64,000 bases of DNA from Promethearchaeota archaeon (GCA_004524535.1 SDNY01000001.1:32001-96000), one strand, 5' to 3'; numbered from the stretch's first letter, positions 39,912 through 50,899 are shown. Numbers and translations: made by a program. Notes: generated from the sequence alone by a model not told the origin.

Positions 39912-40709
39912 ATGTCAAATTTATATTCTCCATCCTCCATAAAATGCTTTTTTTCTGAGCTTTATAAAATTATAGGAGATACAGACAAAGCTGTGTCTGA
40001 AATCTGGTTTGAAATTTCAGAGATTAAGATTCTAGAACAATTAGATAAATACGAATTGAGTGAATTTTTAGATAATTTTGAATTTATTGAAAAAAAGCGT
40101 GGAAATTATATGGATTATATCTCAATCGATAAAATCAAATTTGTAGCAGAAGCTATTAAATATCTTGAGATTGATATTAAGAATCTATCAGAATTATTAG
40201 ATTTCAATGGATTTGAAGCCTTGGTTCAGGAAATATTATTAAGGAATGATTATAGAGCCATAAAAAATTTTAGATTTACAGATAAATCAGATTTTAAATC
40301 AAAAACAGGGCAAAAGAAATACGAAATTGATGTTATTGGAGTCTACCGAAATTTCTTTCTAATTATTGATGCTAAACAATGGAGGCGCAAAGATTCATTC
40401 AGTCAAATCAATAAAGCTGCTAATTTGCAACTTCAGCGTGTTATAGCATTAAAGAAAAATCCAGAAATATTTACACAACTAATTCATAAACTTCTTGGAC
40501 TAAATCCTCGCATTAGATCTTATTTGCCGTTAAAGCTTATCCCAATCATTGTATCTATAGAAGATAATGGAATCAAAATAAACGATAAACAAGTACCACT
40601 CGTTTCAATTACAAATTTTAATGCTTTTTTGAATGAATTTCAAAATTATTTACATTATTATAAGGTTGTAGAAATTAAGAAAGTAAATATACAGAAACAA
40701 TTGGTTTAA
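39912..40709 (+). CDS. PD-(D/E)XK endonuclease (Mrr/NERD-like)
   Basis: FEALVQEIL, EIDVIG, IDAKQW. Confidence 0.78.
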   Translation: MSNLYSPSSIKCFFSELYKIIGDTDKAVSEIWFEISEIKILEQLDKYELSEFLDNFEFIEKKRGNYMDYISIDKIKFVAEAIKYLEIDIKNLSELLDFNGFEALVQEILLRNDYRAIKNFRFTDKSDFKSKTGQKKYEIDVIGVYRNFFLIIDAKQWRRKDSFSQINKAANLQLQRVIALKKNPEIFTQLIHKLLGLNPRIRSYLPLKLIPIIVSIEDNGIKINDKQVPLVSITNFNAFLNEFQNYLHYYKVVEIKKVNIQKQLV

Positions 40710-40721
40710 ATATTTTAGATA

Positions 40722-41993
40722 TTATAGTTGATAATTAACCCCTGGGATTATACCTGCGATTCGAAATAATTCTTTGCCAGCAATTAAATTCTCTAACGTT
40801 TCTTGTTTAATTTGGTTAAAAAATATAGGAAACAAAAAATCTTGATTTTCTGAGTAAGAGCTTATCAATTGTTTTTTTAAATTTGTATCTTCTTCTATTA
40901 ACTTTGCTAGCGCCGTATTTTTATATATACGATAATAAAAACTAATTCCAACTGTTTTAGGAGGATTATTTTCAAAAAATTTAAGACATTTTTTGGTTGA
41001 CTCAAGTGATTCATTAGGATAGCCTGTTAATAAATCAATTGCTAAATCTATTTTATATTTATCACAATATTCGATTATTATATCTAAATCTTTATAAGAA
41101 TAATTATTTAGAGCTTGAATTCGCTCATCGCTATCTACAGTAAGCGTAATAAGGTAAGCGTTTGATTCATGTAATACTCGAAATAATTCTTCATTATATG
41201 GGCTTGGTTTCATATATAAAGCCCATTTCATCTCTAACTTTTGTTCAATTAAGCTTTTACAAAACTCTATTGAGTAATCTATATTAGTATTAAACTCACT
41301 GTCGCATAAGTGAAAATGGGTGTAACCTGAATCAACTAAATATCTTAACTCTTCTATGATATTTGAAATTTTTTTCAAGTATACAGGAGTATTTGCTTCA
41401 ATACAGTAAGGACACTTGTTAGTGCATCCCACATGCGTTTCAAAACCAATAATTCCCTCTTTTGAAATGTACGAAGGATAATCTATCTTCTTTCCTCGAT
41501 AATGAATTAAATCTGTATCAAGTCCATATTGCCAACCGTCAAATAATTTTTTATCTAATTGATTAGATTGCCATTGCTTTAAAAAACGAGGGAATATAAC
41601 TTCTCCTGGACCTATTATACCATAATCTGCTTCAAGATATTTTAATATTTCATTTGGCATACTTGAGAATCCAGACCCCCCCAAAATTACAGGAATTCTA
41701 TAAATTTTAGCACATTGGATTAATTTTTTGACATCAAATAGAAAAAATTCATTATTAAAATAAATTGCTGAATCAATATTCCTTAAAGAGAAAGCAATTA
41801 AATCGTAAGAACTTTCCTTAAGTTTTTGATTTAATTTATCTATTGGCGAATTTTCAAAACATAAATCCAAAATATCGGCATTATAACCATGCTTCTCTAA
41901 CACTGTCATTAAGTATTCTAAACCTACTGGAATTACAGGTGGATTTTTAAAAGTGTTTGGATTTACTAATAAGATGTTCATGCTATTTGCCAT
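40722..41993 (-). CDS. Cobalamin-binding radical SAM protein (RNID subgroup)
   Basis: PVGLEYL, FSLRNID, GGSGFS, GPGE, GCTNKCPYC, DSEFN, GYPNES. Confidence 0.88.
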   Translation of the reverse strand: MANSMNILLVNPNTFKNPPVIPVGLEYLMTVLEKHGYNADILDLCFENSPIDKLNQKLKESSYDLIAFSLRNIDSAIYFNNEFFLFDVKKLIQCAKIYRIPVILGGSGFSSMPNEILKYLEADYGIIGPGEVIFPRFLKQWQSNQLDKKLFDGWQYGLDTDLIHYRGKKIDYPSYISKEGIIGFETHVGCTNKCPYCIEANTPVYLKKISNIIEELRYLVDSGYTHFHLCDSEFNTNIDYSIEFCKSLIEQKLEMKWALYMKPSPYNEELFRVLHESNAYLITLTVDSDERIQALNNYSYKDLDIIIEYCDKYKIDLAIDLLTGYPNESLESTKKCLKFFENNPPKTVGISFYYRIYKNTALAKLIEEDTNLKKQLISSYSENQDFLFPIFFNQIKQETLENLIAGKELFRIAGIIPGVNYQL

Positions 41994-42100
41994 CCTTAAA
42001 TCTTCGCTAATTTTAAGAGAAACTTGTTTAAATATTAATTACTATAATAAAATAGATAAAATAATATATAGTAATGATGTAAGAAAGAAAATTATTGTAT

Positions 42101-43171
42101 TTATTTTTCAATTTTTAAATAATCTTTCAACTGTTTTTTAACAATATCTACGGCGAATCCAATAATACCACTCTTAACCTTTGGATGTGAGAATATTATC
42201 AATACCATATCTTTCAATGATGGCATCTCAACATCAATTGGTGCGATGTCTAGAATGCCTTCAGTGCCTCGCAAGGAGATAGACTTTAATTTACCAGCGT
42301 TTAATCCTTCAATGATATCTGATCCAATCATTGTAAGATTTTGCCCTATTGCAGGAAGTAAAGTCTCCGAAATTCTGCTTGAAATTGCTGAAGCTATGAT
42401 TTTATCTCCTTTTAAAATAGATGAAGCTTCAATGTGTAAATCTAAACTTAAAAGATTTTTTAGAATATCGGTCATATTTGCCGGAGGTATTTTTTCTTTT
42501 GACTTTTTGTCTTTTAAGGACTCTGATTTTGGTTTCTCCTCTTTTGGTACCTTTAATTTTTTTGAAAGAACACTTAACACTTCAGTCATATCCTTTTCTA
42601 ATCGTTTTTGTTTAATAAGTGAATCATCCCGAGGAGCCCCCGGACCGGCAACCGCTGCAGACGTTGGATTTTGTTCCACGCATTGTATTTCTGGTTTATG
42701 CTTAAATGTTCCATATATTCTGTCAGGAGCAATAACCGAACCAGAATAAGGTTTAGGTTCAATTTCTTTAAGCATTTTATTTTCTTTTTTAGTAGTTGTT
42801 TTAGCTATAAAGGAAGGTGTATTAGATATTTCTATTCTATCTAGTTCATTATTCTTTCTATTTGGAGATTTTAAAGATTCCATCGGTTGATTCGGTAGAG
42901 GCTCTATTTTAGGGATTTCATGTAAATCTAAATTGTTTGATGTTTGTATTTTATTAAGGTTAGGATTAAAAAATCTTGTTTCACTGGGGATTTTTTCTGC
43001 TTCTCTTCTTATTTTTTTTTTTTCCTTTTTTTTTTTAATTTCTTTAGGTTTTTGAGTTGCTATTTTAATTCTAGGAGACTTTGAAGGAACTGGAAGCAAT
43101 GCCCCGCACTTTCTACAAAAACGACCATTTTCCTCGTTGTTAGTAACGCCACAGTTGCTGCAAATTATCAT
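42101..43171 (-). CDS. Zinc-ribbon / disordered linker / roadblock-LC7 domain protein
   Basis: CSNCG...FCRKCG; low-complexity middle; C-terminal IEASSIL...IIASA...LKSISLRGTEG...KSGII roadblock pattern. Confidence 0.78.
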   Translation of the reverse strand: MIICSNCGVTNNEENGRFCRKCGALLPVPSKSPRIKIATQKPKEIKKKKEKKKIRREAEKIPSETRFFNPNLNKIQTSNNLDLHEIPKIEPLPNQPMESLKSPNRKNNELDRIEISNTPSFIAKTTTKKENKMLKEIEPKPYSGSVIAPDRIYGTFKHKPEIQCVEQNPTSAAVAGPGAPRDDSLIKQKRLEKDMTEVLSVLSKKLKVPKEEKPKSESLKDKKSKEKIPPANMTDILKNLLSLDLHIEASSILKGDKIIASAISSRISETLLPAIGQNLTMIGSDIIEGLNAGKLKSISLRGTEGILDIAPIDVEMPSLKDMVLIIFSHPKVKSGIIGFAVDIVKKQLKDYLKIEK

Positions 43172-43339
43172 GGGAATTAAATTTTAGTTTTAAATGTTAT
43201 TTTAATTATAAAAATTCGATTTTATTAATGTTTATATTATAATTTAAAATTCAAAAAAACTAACCAGAGTTTTAAAATATCAGGATATATTATATTAGAT
43301 AAAATAATTCACCTTCTTTATATAGGATTTCTTTTAGTC

Positions 43340-44278
43340 TCATTTATATAAGATTTCTTTTAATAAATTAACAAGTGTGAGGTATTCATCTTTATTAATA
43401 TCTGGATCTTCTCTGATTGCTAATAAATAATAGGGCGGGCCATTTTCTTTTATTGTAAATGGTTTGAATAAAAAAAATCTTCCAAATCTTTGGATTATCA
43501 TTTTTTCTTCGGATTTTTCATAGATAAATTCCGAATATAGAAAACTGTCATTTAAACTTAAGAAATAAGGAGTGGTTTGGTTCAAAATATCCTTTACTGC
43601 CGCATTATTATAGTATGAACCAACAATGAGAGAATTATCGTCTATAATTTGAACACCTTCTGCTTTAAATTTAGTAGCGAAAGTTTCAATAGTTTTTTGA
43701 ATTAAATTCGCTTTTGGATATAACGTTAAAAATATTTCCGATATTGCAGTGATAATCGACGATAAGTAGTAGATTGAAGTTCTGTAAAAATAGAATTTTT
43801 TGTATTCCATTGAATTTTTAATTTTATCCTGTAAGCTTAGTAAAAATTTATCCAAATCATCTTGGTCCTCTTTAGCCAAGTTTGGGTCACATTTATGAAA
43901 AAAAACATAAATAGGGGGTTCAATTTCAAGGGTCTTAAATTGTTTAATAACATCACTTAAATAAGACAAGGATTCTTGAATTCTTTCTTTATCTCGCACG
44001 TCGATTACATAAATGGCAATTTCGGTTTTATCGAAGTATTTATTTGGACTTTTGAGGTATGAAATCCGATAGGCTATTTGCCCTCCTAAATCCCATTCTG
44101 AAATGTTTCTCCCTAAATATTGGAAAACCAGTCGTTGTGCACCTCGAGTAGGTTCAATATTAGCTATTTTTGAGAATTCTCTCTTAAGTGCAAATATAAT
44201 TGAAGTCTTACCTGCGGAATCAAGACCTGTAAATAGAATTTTTTGAAGTTTAGCACTTTCATCTTTTAAATATTCCAA
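43340..44278 (-). CDS. Rag-like small GTPase with C-terminal roadblock-like domain
   Basis: GLDSAGKTS, PTRG, WDLGGQ, HKCD (Rag-type HKxD), TSIY; C-terminal IIDDNSLIVG. Confidence 0.87.
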   Translation of the reverse strand: MEYLKDESAKLQKILFTGLDSAGKTSIIFALKREFSKIANIEPTRGAQRLVFQYLGRNISEWDLGGQIAYRISYLKSPNKYFDKTEIAIYVIDVRDKERIQESLSYLSDVIKQFKTLEIEPPIYVFFHKCDPNLAKEDQDDLDKFLLSLQDKIKNSMEYKKFYFYRTSIYYLSSIITAISEIFLTLYPKANLIQKTIETFATKFKAEGVQIIDDNSLIVGSYYNNAAVKDILNQTTPYFLSLNDSFLYSEFIYEKSEEKMIIQRFGRFFLFKPFTIKENGPPYYLLAIREDPDINKDEYLTLVNLLKEILYK

Positions 44279-44343
44279 ATATTCGCACCAAAATTCTTTC
44301 TATCTTCCTAATATCTTCTATAAATATAATTGTTATATTAAAT

Positions 44344-45720
44344 TTATTTATTGAAAATTTCAACTAAATAATTCTTAAAATCACTATAATCGTTGATTAC
44401 CACTGGATTTGGAAATTCAGACTTATTTTGAATAATTTCCAGGGATTTAGGAATCTTAGGAGTTATATTTATTAAAGAAATTATTTCTTCTGGGAATTTA
44501 GCGGGATCAGCAGTTTCAAAATTAATGAGCTTATAACTGTTATCTTCGGGAAAATCGATACGATATTTTTCTAAACAAGCCCAACCTACAGCTCCATGTG
44601 GTTCAATTATTTTTTTATTATATTTCTTATAGAAATTTACAATTGTTTCTTTAGTTAGCTCATTAGTTATGGAATAAGACACTATATCTTTGCGTATTCT
44701 TTCCAAATCGGGTATCTTATGCATAACACCTGTTTCATCAATTTGACCCCCATATAGATCAATTAATCTAGCGAAATTCGAAGGATGTCCTACATTCATG
44801 GCATTACTAATACATTTCTTTGAGGGTTCAACCTTTTCATATTTCCCAGTTTCTAAGAATTTTGGAAATTCATCATTCTCGTTTACGGCAGAAATGAACC
44901 TTTTAACTGGGAGCCCCATATTAGATGCAATTAATCCTCCCATTAAGTTTCCGAAATTTCCAGAAGGTACTGAAAAAATAACTTCTTCCCCTTTCTTTTC
45001 AATCACACTTGAATAACTGTAAAAATAATAGAGGGTTTGAGGCATCAATCTTCCAAAGTTTATAGAATTTGCTGAAGAAAGGCCTATATGCTGTAAATCG
45101 GGATCTGCGAAGGCAATTTTGACCAAACGTTGACAATCATCAAATTTTCCTGTGATTCCGATAGCCGTAACATTTTTTCCAAGTGTAGTCATCTGTTTCC
45201 TCTGTAAATCACTTATCTCATCCTTTGGAAAAAGCACTACTACTTTTATACGATTCATTTCATAAAATGCTTGAGCAACTGCTCCTCCTGTATCTCCAGA
45301 GGTTGCTGTTAAAATTACAGCATTTTTATTATCTTCTTCAAGGAAATATTCCATAATTCTCGCAAGCGTGCGAGCCCCGAAATCTTTAAAACTAGCGGTA
45401 GGTCCTTGATCAAGATAGCACTGGTAATCATTGTTTCCGATATGTTCAACGGGAACTGAGAAATTTAGAGCACCTTTCAAAATCTTTTTAAGCTCAGGCT
45501 TAGGTATTATATTACCAATAATATTGGATATTACTATGAATCCTATTTCATCAAGGGACAAGTCCTTAAATGAATAGATTTGCTCTTCGGTTAGTTTAGG
45601 TATTTCATTTAGCATATAGAGTCCTTTATCTAAAGCTTGACCTCTTATTATCGCTGTCTTAAAATCCACATCGGGAGTATTTTTGTTAGTAGAATGAAAC
45701 ATTATACCATTAGTTGTCAT
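44344..45720 (-). CDS. thrC: Threonine synthase
   Basis: GPTASFKDFGAR, ATSGDTG, SANSINFGR, VPSGNFGN, EPHGAVG, ETADPAKF. Confidence 0.96.
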   Translation of the reverse strand: MTTNGIMFHSTNKNTPDVDFKTAIIRGQALDKGLYMLNEIPKLTEEQIYSFKDLSLDEIGFIVISNIIGNIIPKPELKKILKGALNFSVPVEHIGNNDYQCYLDQGPTASFKDFGARTLARIMEYFLEEDNKNAVILTATSGDTGGAVAQAFYEMNRIKVVVLFPKDEISDLQRKQMTTLGKNVTAIGITGKFDDCQRLVKIAFADPDLQHIGLSSANSINFGRLMPQTLYYFYSYSSVIEKKGEEVIFSVPSGNFGNLMGGLIASNMGLPVKRFISAVNENDEFPKFLETGKYEKVEPSKKCISNAMNVGHPSNFARLIDLYGGQIDETGVMHKIPDLERIRKDIVSYSITNELTKETIVNFYKKYNKKIIEPHGAVGWACLEKYRIDFPEDNSYKLINFETADPAKFPEEIISLINITPKIPKSLEIIQNKSEFPNPVVINDYSDFKNYLVEIFNK

Positions 45721-45825
45721 GATTCTATTCTTTTTATTTTAAGCTATTAAATTTAAAAAGTGTTTTAAAATTCAAAATATTTTCCCTTAGTTAAAAAAAT
45801 AAATCTTATATCAAATTCATTAATT

Positions 45826-47133
45826 CTATATTTGTTCAATATTCCTTTGACCAGGAATAATTGAATTAGGTCCACTAGTGATATAAGCAATAATTGTTGC
45901 TACCCCTGCGGGAATAAATAATAATGGAACCCATGTCATTTCTATTATAATAAATATAGACGCAATAGGATTATTGGTTGCTGCGCCTAATGCTGCTGAG
46001 ATTCCCAGTAATACAAATAATTCAGGATTTTCTGGATAAAAAAACACCCCAAAAACGCCTCCAAGAATTGCCCCTAAGAACATCAGTGGCATTATTATAC
46101 CTGCGCTATTCATAGTTCCAATAGATAAAATTATAGCAATTGTTATTATTAGTAATAATATTAAGAGAAAAGTCAATAGATTCAACCCTAAATTCTCAGT
46201 TAATATCGAAATAAAATTAAAATCAGGATGAGAGAGTTCTGAACGGTACCCAACTTTAATAATTGGTATTGTAAGAAGAAGAAAAAGACCATAAGCACAT
46301 CCTCCAATCAATGGTAAAATCCAGAGTCCTGGTTTTTTTTTTAATTTATTCCTTAATATGCTCGTTAATCCTCTTAAAAAATAAGTTAAGAATAAAATAA
46401 ATATCCCAACAAAAACACCAAACGCGATTAAAAAGGGTAATAAAGAAATATAATTCACTTTATCCGGGCTAATGGATGAAAGGTTTGTTTTTATTAGAGG
46501 ACTAAATCCAAAGAATAAACAAAAAATGATATAACCTATTATAGCAGCAATAATTGAGGGTATTAACGATTTATATCTTATATGATTATTATAAGGTAGT
46601 TCTGCACAAAATAATGCCCCACTTATCGGGGCTTTTAATATGGCTGCGGTGCACGCGCTAGCACCTATAAAAGATGCATCCTCTTTATCTTGACCGAGCT
46701 TTTCTGAAAGTAGTGCTCCTAGATTAGCTCCAATTAATAAGCCAGGACCTTCCCTTCCACATATCATTCCAGACCCATAAGTCCATGATGTTGCAAAAGT
46801 TTTACCAAAGACTATCGATATTCTTTTGGAAGCATTTTCTTCTTCACTGGAAGTTACCTCTCTTATGAATTCTGGTGATCCCGTACCTAAAATCTCTTCT
46901 AAATTACCAAATTTAACCAATAAACTCGTTAATATTCCTGCCAAAATCGGAGCTAAAAAATATGGCAATAATGAAAATGTTATTTGAAAGAAAATTAAGA
47001 GATAGTTAAATAAAACCATAATAAATCCGCAAATCACACCCAAGATAATTGCTAATAGAAGAATCTGGATTAAATCCTTAGTCCAAGAAACAGTTCGTTC
47101 GATTTCTATTGAAATTGAAGTTTTTTTTGACAT
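45826..47133 (-). CDS. ClC chloride channel/antiporter family protein
   Basis: GTGSPE, GREGP, KAPISGALFCAE, SAGIIMP; many TM helices. Confidence 0.9.
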   Translation of the reverse strand: MSKKTSISIEIERTVSWTKDLIQILLLAIILGVICGFIMVLFNYLLIFFQITFSLLPYFLAPILAGILTSLLVKFGNLEEILGTGSPEFIREVTSSEEENASKRISIVFGKTFATSWTYGSGMICGREGPGLLIGANLGALLSEKLGQDKEDASFIGASACTAAILKAPISGALFCAELPYNNHIRYKSLIPSIIAAIIGYIIFCLFFGFSPLIKTNLSSISPDKVNYISLLPFLIAFGVFVGIFILFLTYFLRGLTSILRNKLKKKPGLWILPLIGGCAYGLFLLLTIPIIKVGYRSELSHPDFNFISILTENLGLNLLTFLLILLLIITIAIILSIGTMNSAGIIMPLMFLGAILGGVFGVFFYPENPELFVLLGISAALGAATNNPIASIFIIIEMTWVPLLFIPAGVATIIAYITSGPNSIIPGQRNIEQI

Positions 47134-47163
47134 AGGATATTTTTAAGAAGAATTTTATATATT

Positions 47164-47721
47164 TTAAAATGTGTCTGTGAATCTTAAATTCTCAGAGTTA
47201 TTGAATTTTAATAATTCATTAATTTTCTTCACAGCTTCCTCTGCTGTTTTTACACCATAAACCATATCTGATCTTCTGTCATCTACTTTTTTATTTGCCA
47301 TCTCGGAAGACCAGCCTCCTACATCAGTCAAAGCAACAATAGGTTTCTGATATATCCAAGCAAGAGCGATTTCTGTCAATGTACCCGCTTTTCCCGCAAT
47401 AGCTATGCAAGCGTCTCCACTAAGAACGACTACTAAATTTCTCGCTTGAGAAAAGGGTACGGGAATAGCAATATCAACATATTTGTTTGCAGCACTTTTT
47501 TCCTTAGAAGGTACAATTCCAATAGTTAATCCGCCTTCTTGTTTGGCACCTTTACACACTGCTTCCATTACTCCTGAAAGACCTCCACAAGAAATAGCAT
47601 ATCCGTTTTTCGCTAATAGTCTCCCTATTTCAATTGTTTTTTTTTCTGTATCACTATCAATATCGCTAGCCCCAATAACTGAGATAACACCTCGACAATC
47701 TTTTTTAAAGTCGAATTTCAT
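47164..47721 (-). CDS. LOG/Rossmann-fold nucleotide-binding protein (TIGR00725-like)
   Basis: ISVIG, CGGLSGVMEAVCKGA, ARN, GTLTEI. Confidence 0.88.
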   Translation of the reverse strand: MKFDFKKDCRGVISVIGASDIDSDTEKKTIEIGRLLAKNGYAISCGGLSGVMEAVCKGAKQEGGLTIGIVPSKEKSAANKYVDIAIPVPFSQARNLVVVLSGDACIAIAGKAGTLTEIALAWIYQKPIVALTDVGGWSSEMANKKVDDRRSDMVYGVKTAEEAVKKINELLKFNNSENLRFTDTF

Positions 47722-47728
47722 AGAAGAA

Positions 47729-48742
47729 TTATCCCCTTTTTTTAACTATATTAATCAAATCATTCAATATAGCTGATGCCGCTTCAGGTCCACCCGCCCC
47801 TCTTCCCATCAGAACGATTGGTCCTGCATATTTTGTCTGTAATTCCATTACATTAAGTGTTCCCGAGATATTTAAAGGTGAATCTCTTTCAATTAACCTT
47901 GGCTCTACGATCAATTCATCTTCATCAACTATAGCTAAATGTTTAATTATAAGACCATCACTTTTGGCCAACTCTATGGTTTGTGGTGTTATTTTAGAGA
48001 TCCCTTTAATTTTTACATCTTTAATGGTTTTTCTCCAACCAAGTAACTTATTAGCTAATATCACCAATTTTCCAGCAGCATCGAAACCTTCAATATCCAG
48101 AGTTGGATCTGTCTCAGCGATTCCTAATTCTTGAGCTTCCTTTAAAGCTTTGGAAAATGTGATTCCCTCAGCAGCCATTCGACTAAGAATGTAGTTACAT
48201 GTCCCATTTAATATTGCCTTGATCCGAGTAATTTGATTTCCTATAAGACAATCAGCGATTGATAAAGCGGGCACAACACTAGCAACTGACGCTTCATATT
48301 TAACAATTAAATTATTATTTTTTGCTAAATCCTCAATTTGTTGATATTTTAAATAAAATGGCCCTTTATTTGAAGAAACAACGTTTATTCCATTATTTAA
48401 AGCCTCCATAATATGTGATAATGCTGGTTCTCCAGTATTAGGATTGGTTGGTGTGGCTTCAACACAGATATTTATATCCAATTTTTTATATAAATCCGTA
48501 GGTTTGGAATCAACTTTCCAATAAGGAAGTTCCCTAAATCTTTCTCCTTTACTTAGAACTTCTTCTAAATTAATTCCATCTTCATTTATTAATGCTCCAT
48601 CATATTCCACGATTGCAACCATTTTAATATTTAAATTAAATTTTTCGTTCAGAATTTCACTCTTTTCTTTTAATAATTCAATTAAACTCGTTCCAACGTT
48701 GCCCTTTCCAATCAAACAAATTTTAATATCCATTTTATTCAC
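47729..48742 (-). CDS. hom: Homoserine dehydrogenase (no fused ACT domain)
   Basis: GKGNVG, SNKGP, YEASV, ILNGTCNYIL, DPTLDIEGFDAAGK, GRGAG. Confidence 0.95.
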   Translation of the reverse strand: MNKMDIKICLIGKGNVGTSLIELLKEKSEILNEKFNLNIKMVAIVEYDGALINEDGINLEEVLSKGERFRELPYWKVDSKPTDLYKKLDINICVEATPTNPNTGEPALSHIMEALNNGINVVSSNKGPFYLKYQQIEDLAKNNNLIVKYEASVASVVPALSIADCLIGNQITRIKAILNGTCNYILSRMAAEGITFSKALKEAQELGIAETDPTLDIEGFDAAGKLVILANKLLGWRKTIKDVKIKGISKITPQTIELAKSDGLIIKHLAIVDEDELIVEPRLIERDSPLNISGTLNVMELQTKYAGPIVLMGRGAGGPEAASAILNDLINIVKKRG

Positions 48743-48994
48743 AGATTACTAAAAAAATTATCAAATATATTTTCTATTTGAATATTACATAAAAATTTAT
48801 GCTACTATTAAACTTTAATAGAAAATTGAAATTTTATTATCATTCAATAATTAATAATTTGGTTATGAAATATTATTAAGATTTATTTTATATTCTATTG
48901 GTAGCCATAAGATATCATATATCTGTTCTAAGATAATAGATAGAAATGAAAAAAATGAAAAATTTATAATTCATTGATTTTAAGGATTTAACTC

Positions 48995-50650
48995 TTATTG
49001 AATGAAATAATAAAGGAAGATTTCTCTTACAAAATTAAAAATTGGTTTAAAAAATTTAAAAAATAGATTAATAATGATTAAGTATATTACCATAAAAATC
49101 GCAAAAATATATATAACATAATTAAATAATGAGTCATCTTCAATGTTAACGACCATTCTATTACTATCGAATATTAAAATCCCTATTAAAAAGCAAGATA
49201 TCGGAGCTATATGTAAAAGCATTCTATCATATGATGTACTTACGTGAAACTTGACTGGTAACGGTGTTATTATATATACATAGATATAAACTAAGAAGTG
49301 AATGAAAACTAAAAGAAAAAGGAAAAAATTATCCTCTTTAAATAGCACATTGTAGTTAAGGATTATTAAAAAGACTATAACAATCCAAAAAAAAATACCC
49401 CAATTATACGGTTGAATAATTAATATAAATCCCCATATTGAAATATTTGAAATTCTTCTTAGAGTTCCTCGAAAATACAAAATAATCAAAACACGACCGA
49501 GATACATAGATGGATATCTATTTAAAATAACAAACAATAACCATGGTAAAAAAATTATGAAACCTAAAATAAAAGAACTCAAAAAATTCTTAAGAACATC
49601 ATTTGGGATAATCATGTTCTTTCGATATTGAAACAAAAAATATAAGGTTAGTATCAGGATATTAACGAAAAAGAGATAATATCCTTCTTGTTTTGTCCAT
49701 GCCATTAATCCCATAAATATGGATGAATAGATTAGATAATATTGCTTCTTAGTTTTAAAATAGAAAAATATGAAAATTGTACTAATAGTATAAAAAAAAG
49801 TAAACGGAATATCGGCATATACGCATTTTGCCATTTTAAAGGTTTCTCCAACGATGGCGAATAATGTAGTAATTAGTATAGAGTATGTTCGACTTAACTT
49901 GAAAGATCTCAAGGAATAGTATAGGAATATAAGTAAGGAAATGAAATAAAAAAGAGTTAGAATTTTAGCAAAATGATATTCAGTAAGATAAAGAGAATAA
50001 AAGAAACATAAATTTAAAGGAACTAATAATGGATAATTTTGTCTATCCAATTTATTTAAAAATTTAAAATCCCCTCCATTAAAAAGTTTTTTGGCTCTTA
50101 GATTCCATATAAACACTTCATCCCAACCCCTAAAGGGATATATAAACCAATGGGAACTAAGATAAATTAACTCAATTATTAATAGGAAAATGCAAAAATA
50201 TTCTATTTTATTAAATCTTTGACGTTTTATTGTTTTCACAATCTCATTTATATCCCCTTTCAAATTAATATAGATTTTAAAGAATATCAATAAAAATATC
50301 GATAGAATCAATATAGGTAAAAATGATAATCTTGAATGAAGCCCCATTAAAATACTGAGAAACATTGATAAACAAAGGAATCCAGTTCCTAAGCCATAAC
50401 TAAGAGCACATTTCACTAATGGAGGAAATTCATTATTACTAGGAAGAAAATATAGTACAGTGTATCCAATAAAAAAAATTATTATTAGGCCTAAAATAGT
50501 AGTAGATATGAACCATAGATATTCCAAAAATGTTAAAGGATCTAAATTATAAAAGCGTGGCTTAAAAATGTAAAATGTAAAGATCGCACATAATGTTGTT
50601 GTCCCTAATAAAAAAAAAAATATTAGACGGGGGATAGAATATTCTTTCAT
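48995..50650 (-). CDS. GT-C fold glycosyltransferase (ArnT/PMT-like)
   Basis: Many TM helices; WDE...W...AK, NYPLLVP, YADIP, WTKQEG, R-x-LLH. Confidence 0.78.
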   Translation of the reverse strand: MKEYSIPRLIFFFLLGTTTLCAIFTFYIFKPRFYNLDPLTFLEYLWFISTTILGLIIIFFIGYTVLYFLPSNNEFPPLVKCALSYGLGTGFLCLSMFLSILMGLHSRLSFLPILILSIFLLIFFKIYINLKGDINEIVKTIKRQRFNKIEYFCIFLLIIELIYLSSHWFIYPFRGWDEVFIWNLRAKKLFNGGDFKFLNKLDRQNYPLLVPLNLCFFYSLYLTEYHFAKILTLFYFISLLIFLYYSLRSFKLSRTYSILITTLFAIVGETFKMAKCVYADIPFTFFYTISTIFIFFYFKTKKQYYLIYSSIFMGLMAWTKQEGYYLFFVNILILTLYFLFQYRKNMIIPNDVLKNFLSSFILGFIIFLPWLLFVILNRYPSMYLGRVLIILYFRGTLRRISNISIWGFILIIQPYNWGIFFWIVIVFLIILNYNVLFKEDNFFLFLLVFIHFLVYIYVYIITPLPVKFHVSTSYDRMLLHIAPISCFLIGILIFDSNRMVVNIEDDSLFNYVIYIFAIFMVIYLIIINLFFKFFKPIFNFVREIFLYYFIQ

Positions 50651-50764
50651 TTCAATAGAAATCCATTAATATAACGTAAAAATATAATTTCATTGGTTAT
50701 TATTTCAAATAATAAATATGTTATTATCATTTAAAAATTAATATTTTTAAAAGATTCCTATACT

Positions 50765-50899
50765 TTAATTTTGTGTCCAGCGTAAGTGTTTTGGGATTCT
50801 CTTGCCACATTCGGGGCAAAACTGCAATTCTTTCTCAATAAGCTCTTTACATTGAGGGCATTTGATTTTTCCTTCAGGGTTTTTGCTCTTTTTAGGCAT
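50765..50899 (-). CDS. Small zinc-ribbon protein (44 aa)
   Basis: Manual translation MPKKSKNPEGKIKCPQCKELIEKELQFCPECGKRIPKHLRWTQN*. Confidence 0.75.
   Translation of the reverse strand: MPKKSKNPEGKIKCPQCKELIEKELQFCPECGKRIPKHLRWTQN

Noticed and set aside
39912-40709. Restriction-modification or defence island
   Set aside because: Lone PD-(D/E)XK nuclease with no adjacent DNA methyltransferase or other defence genes.
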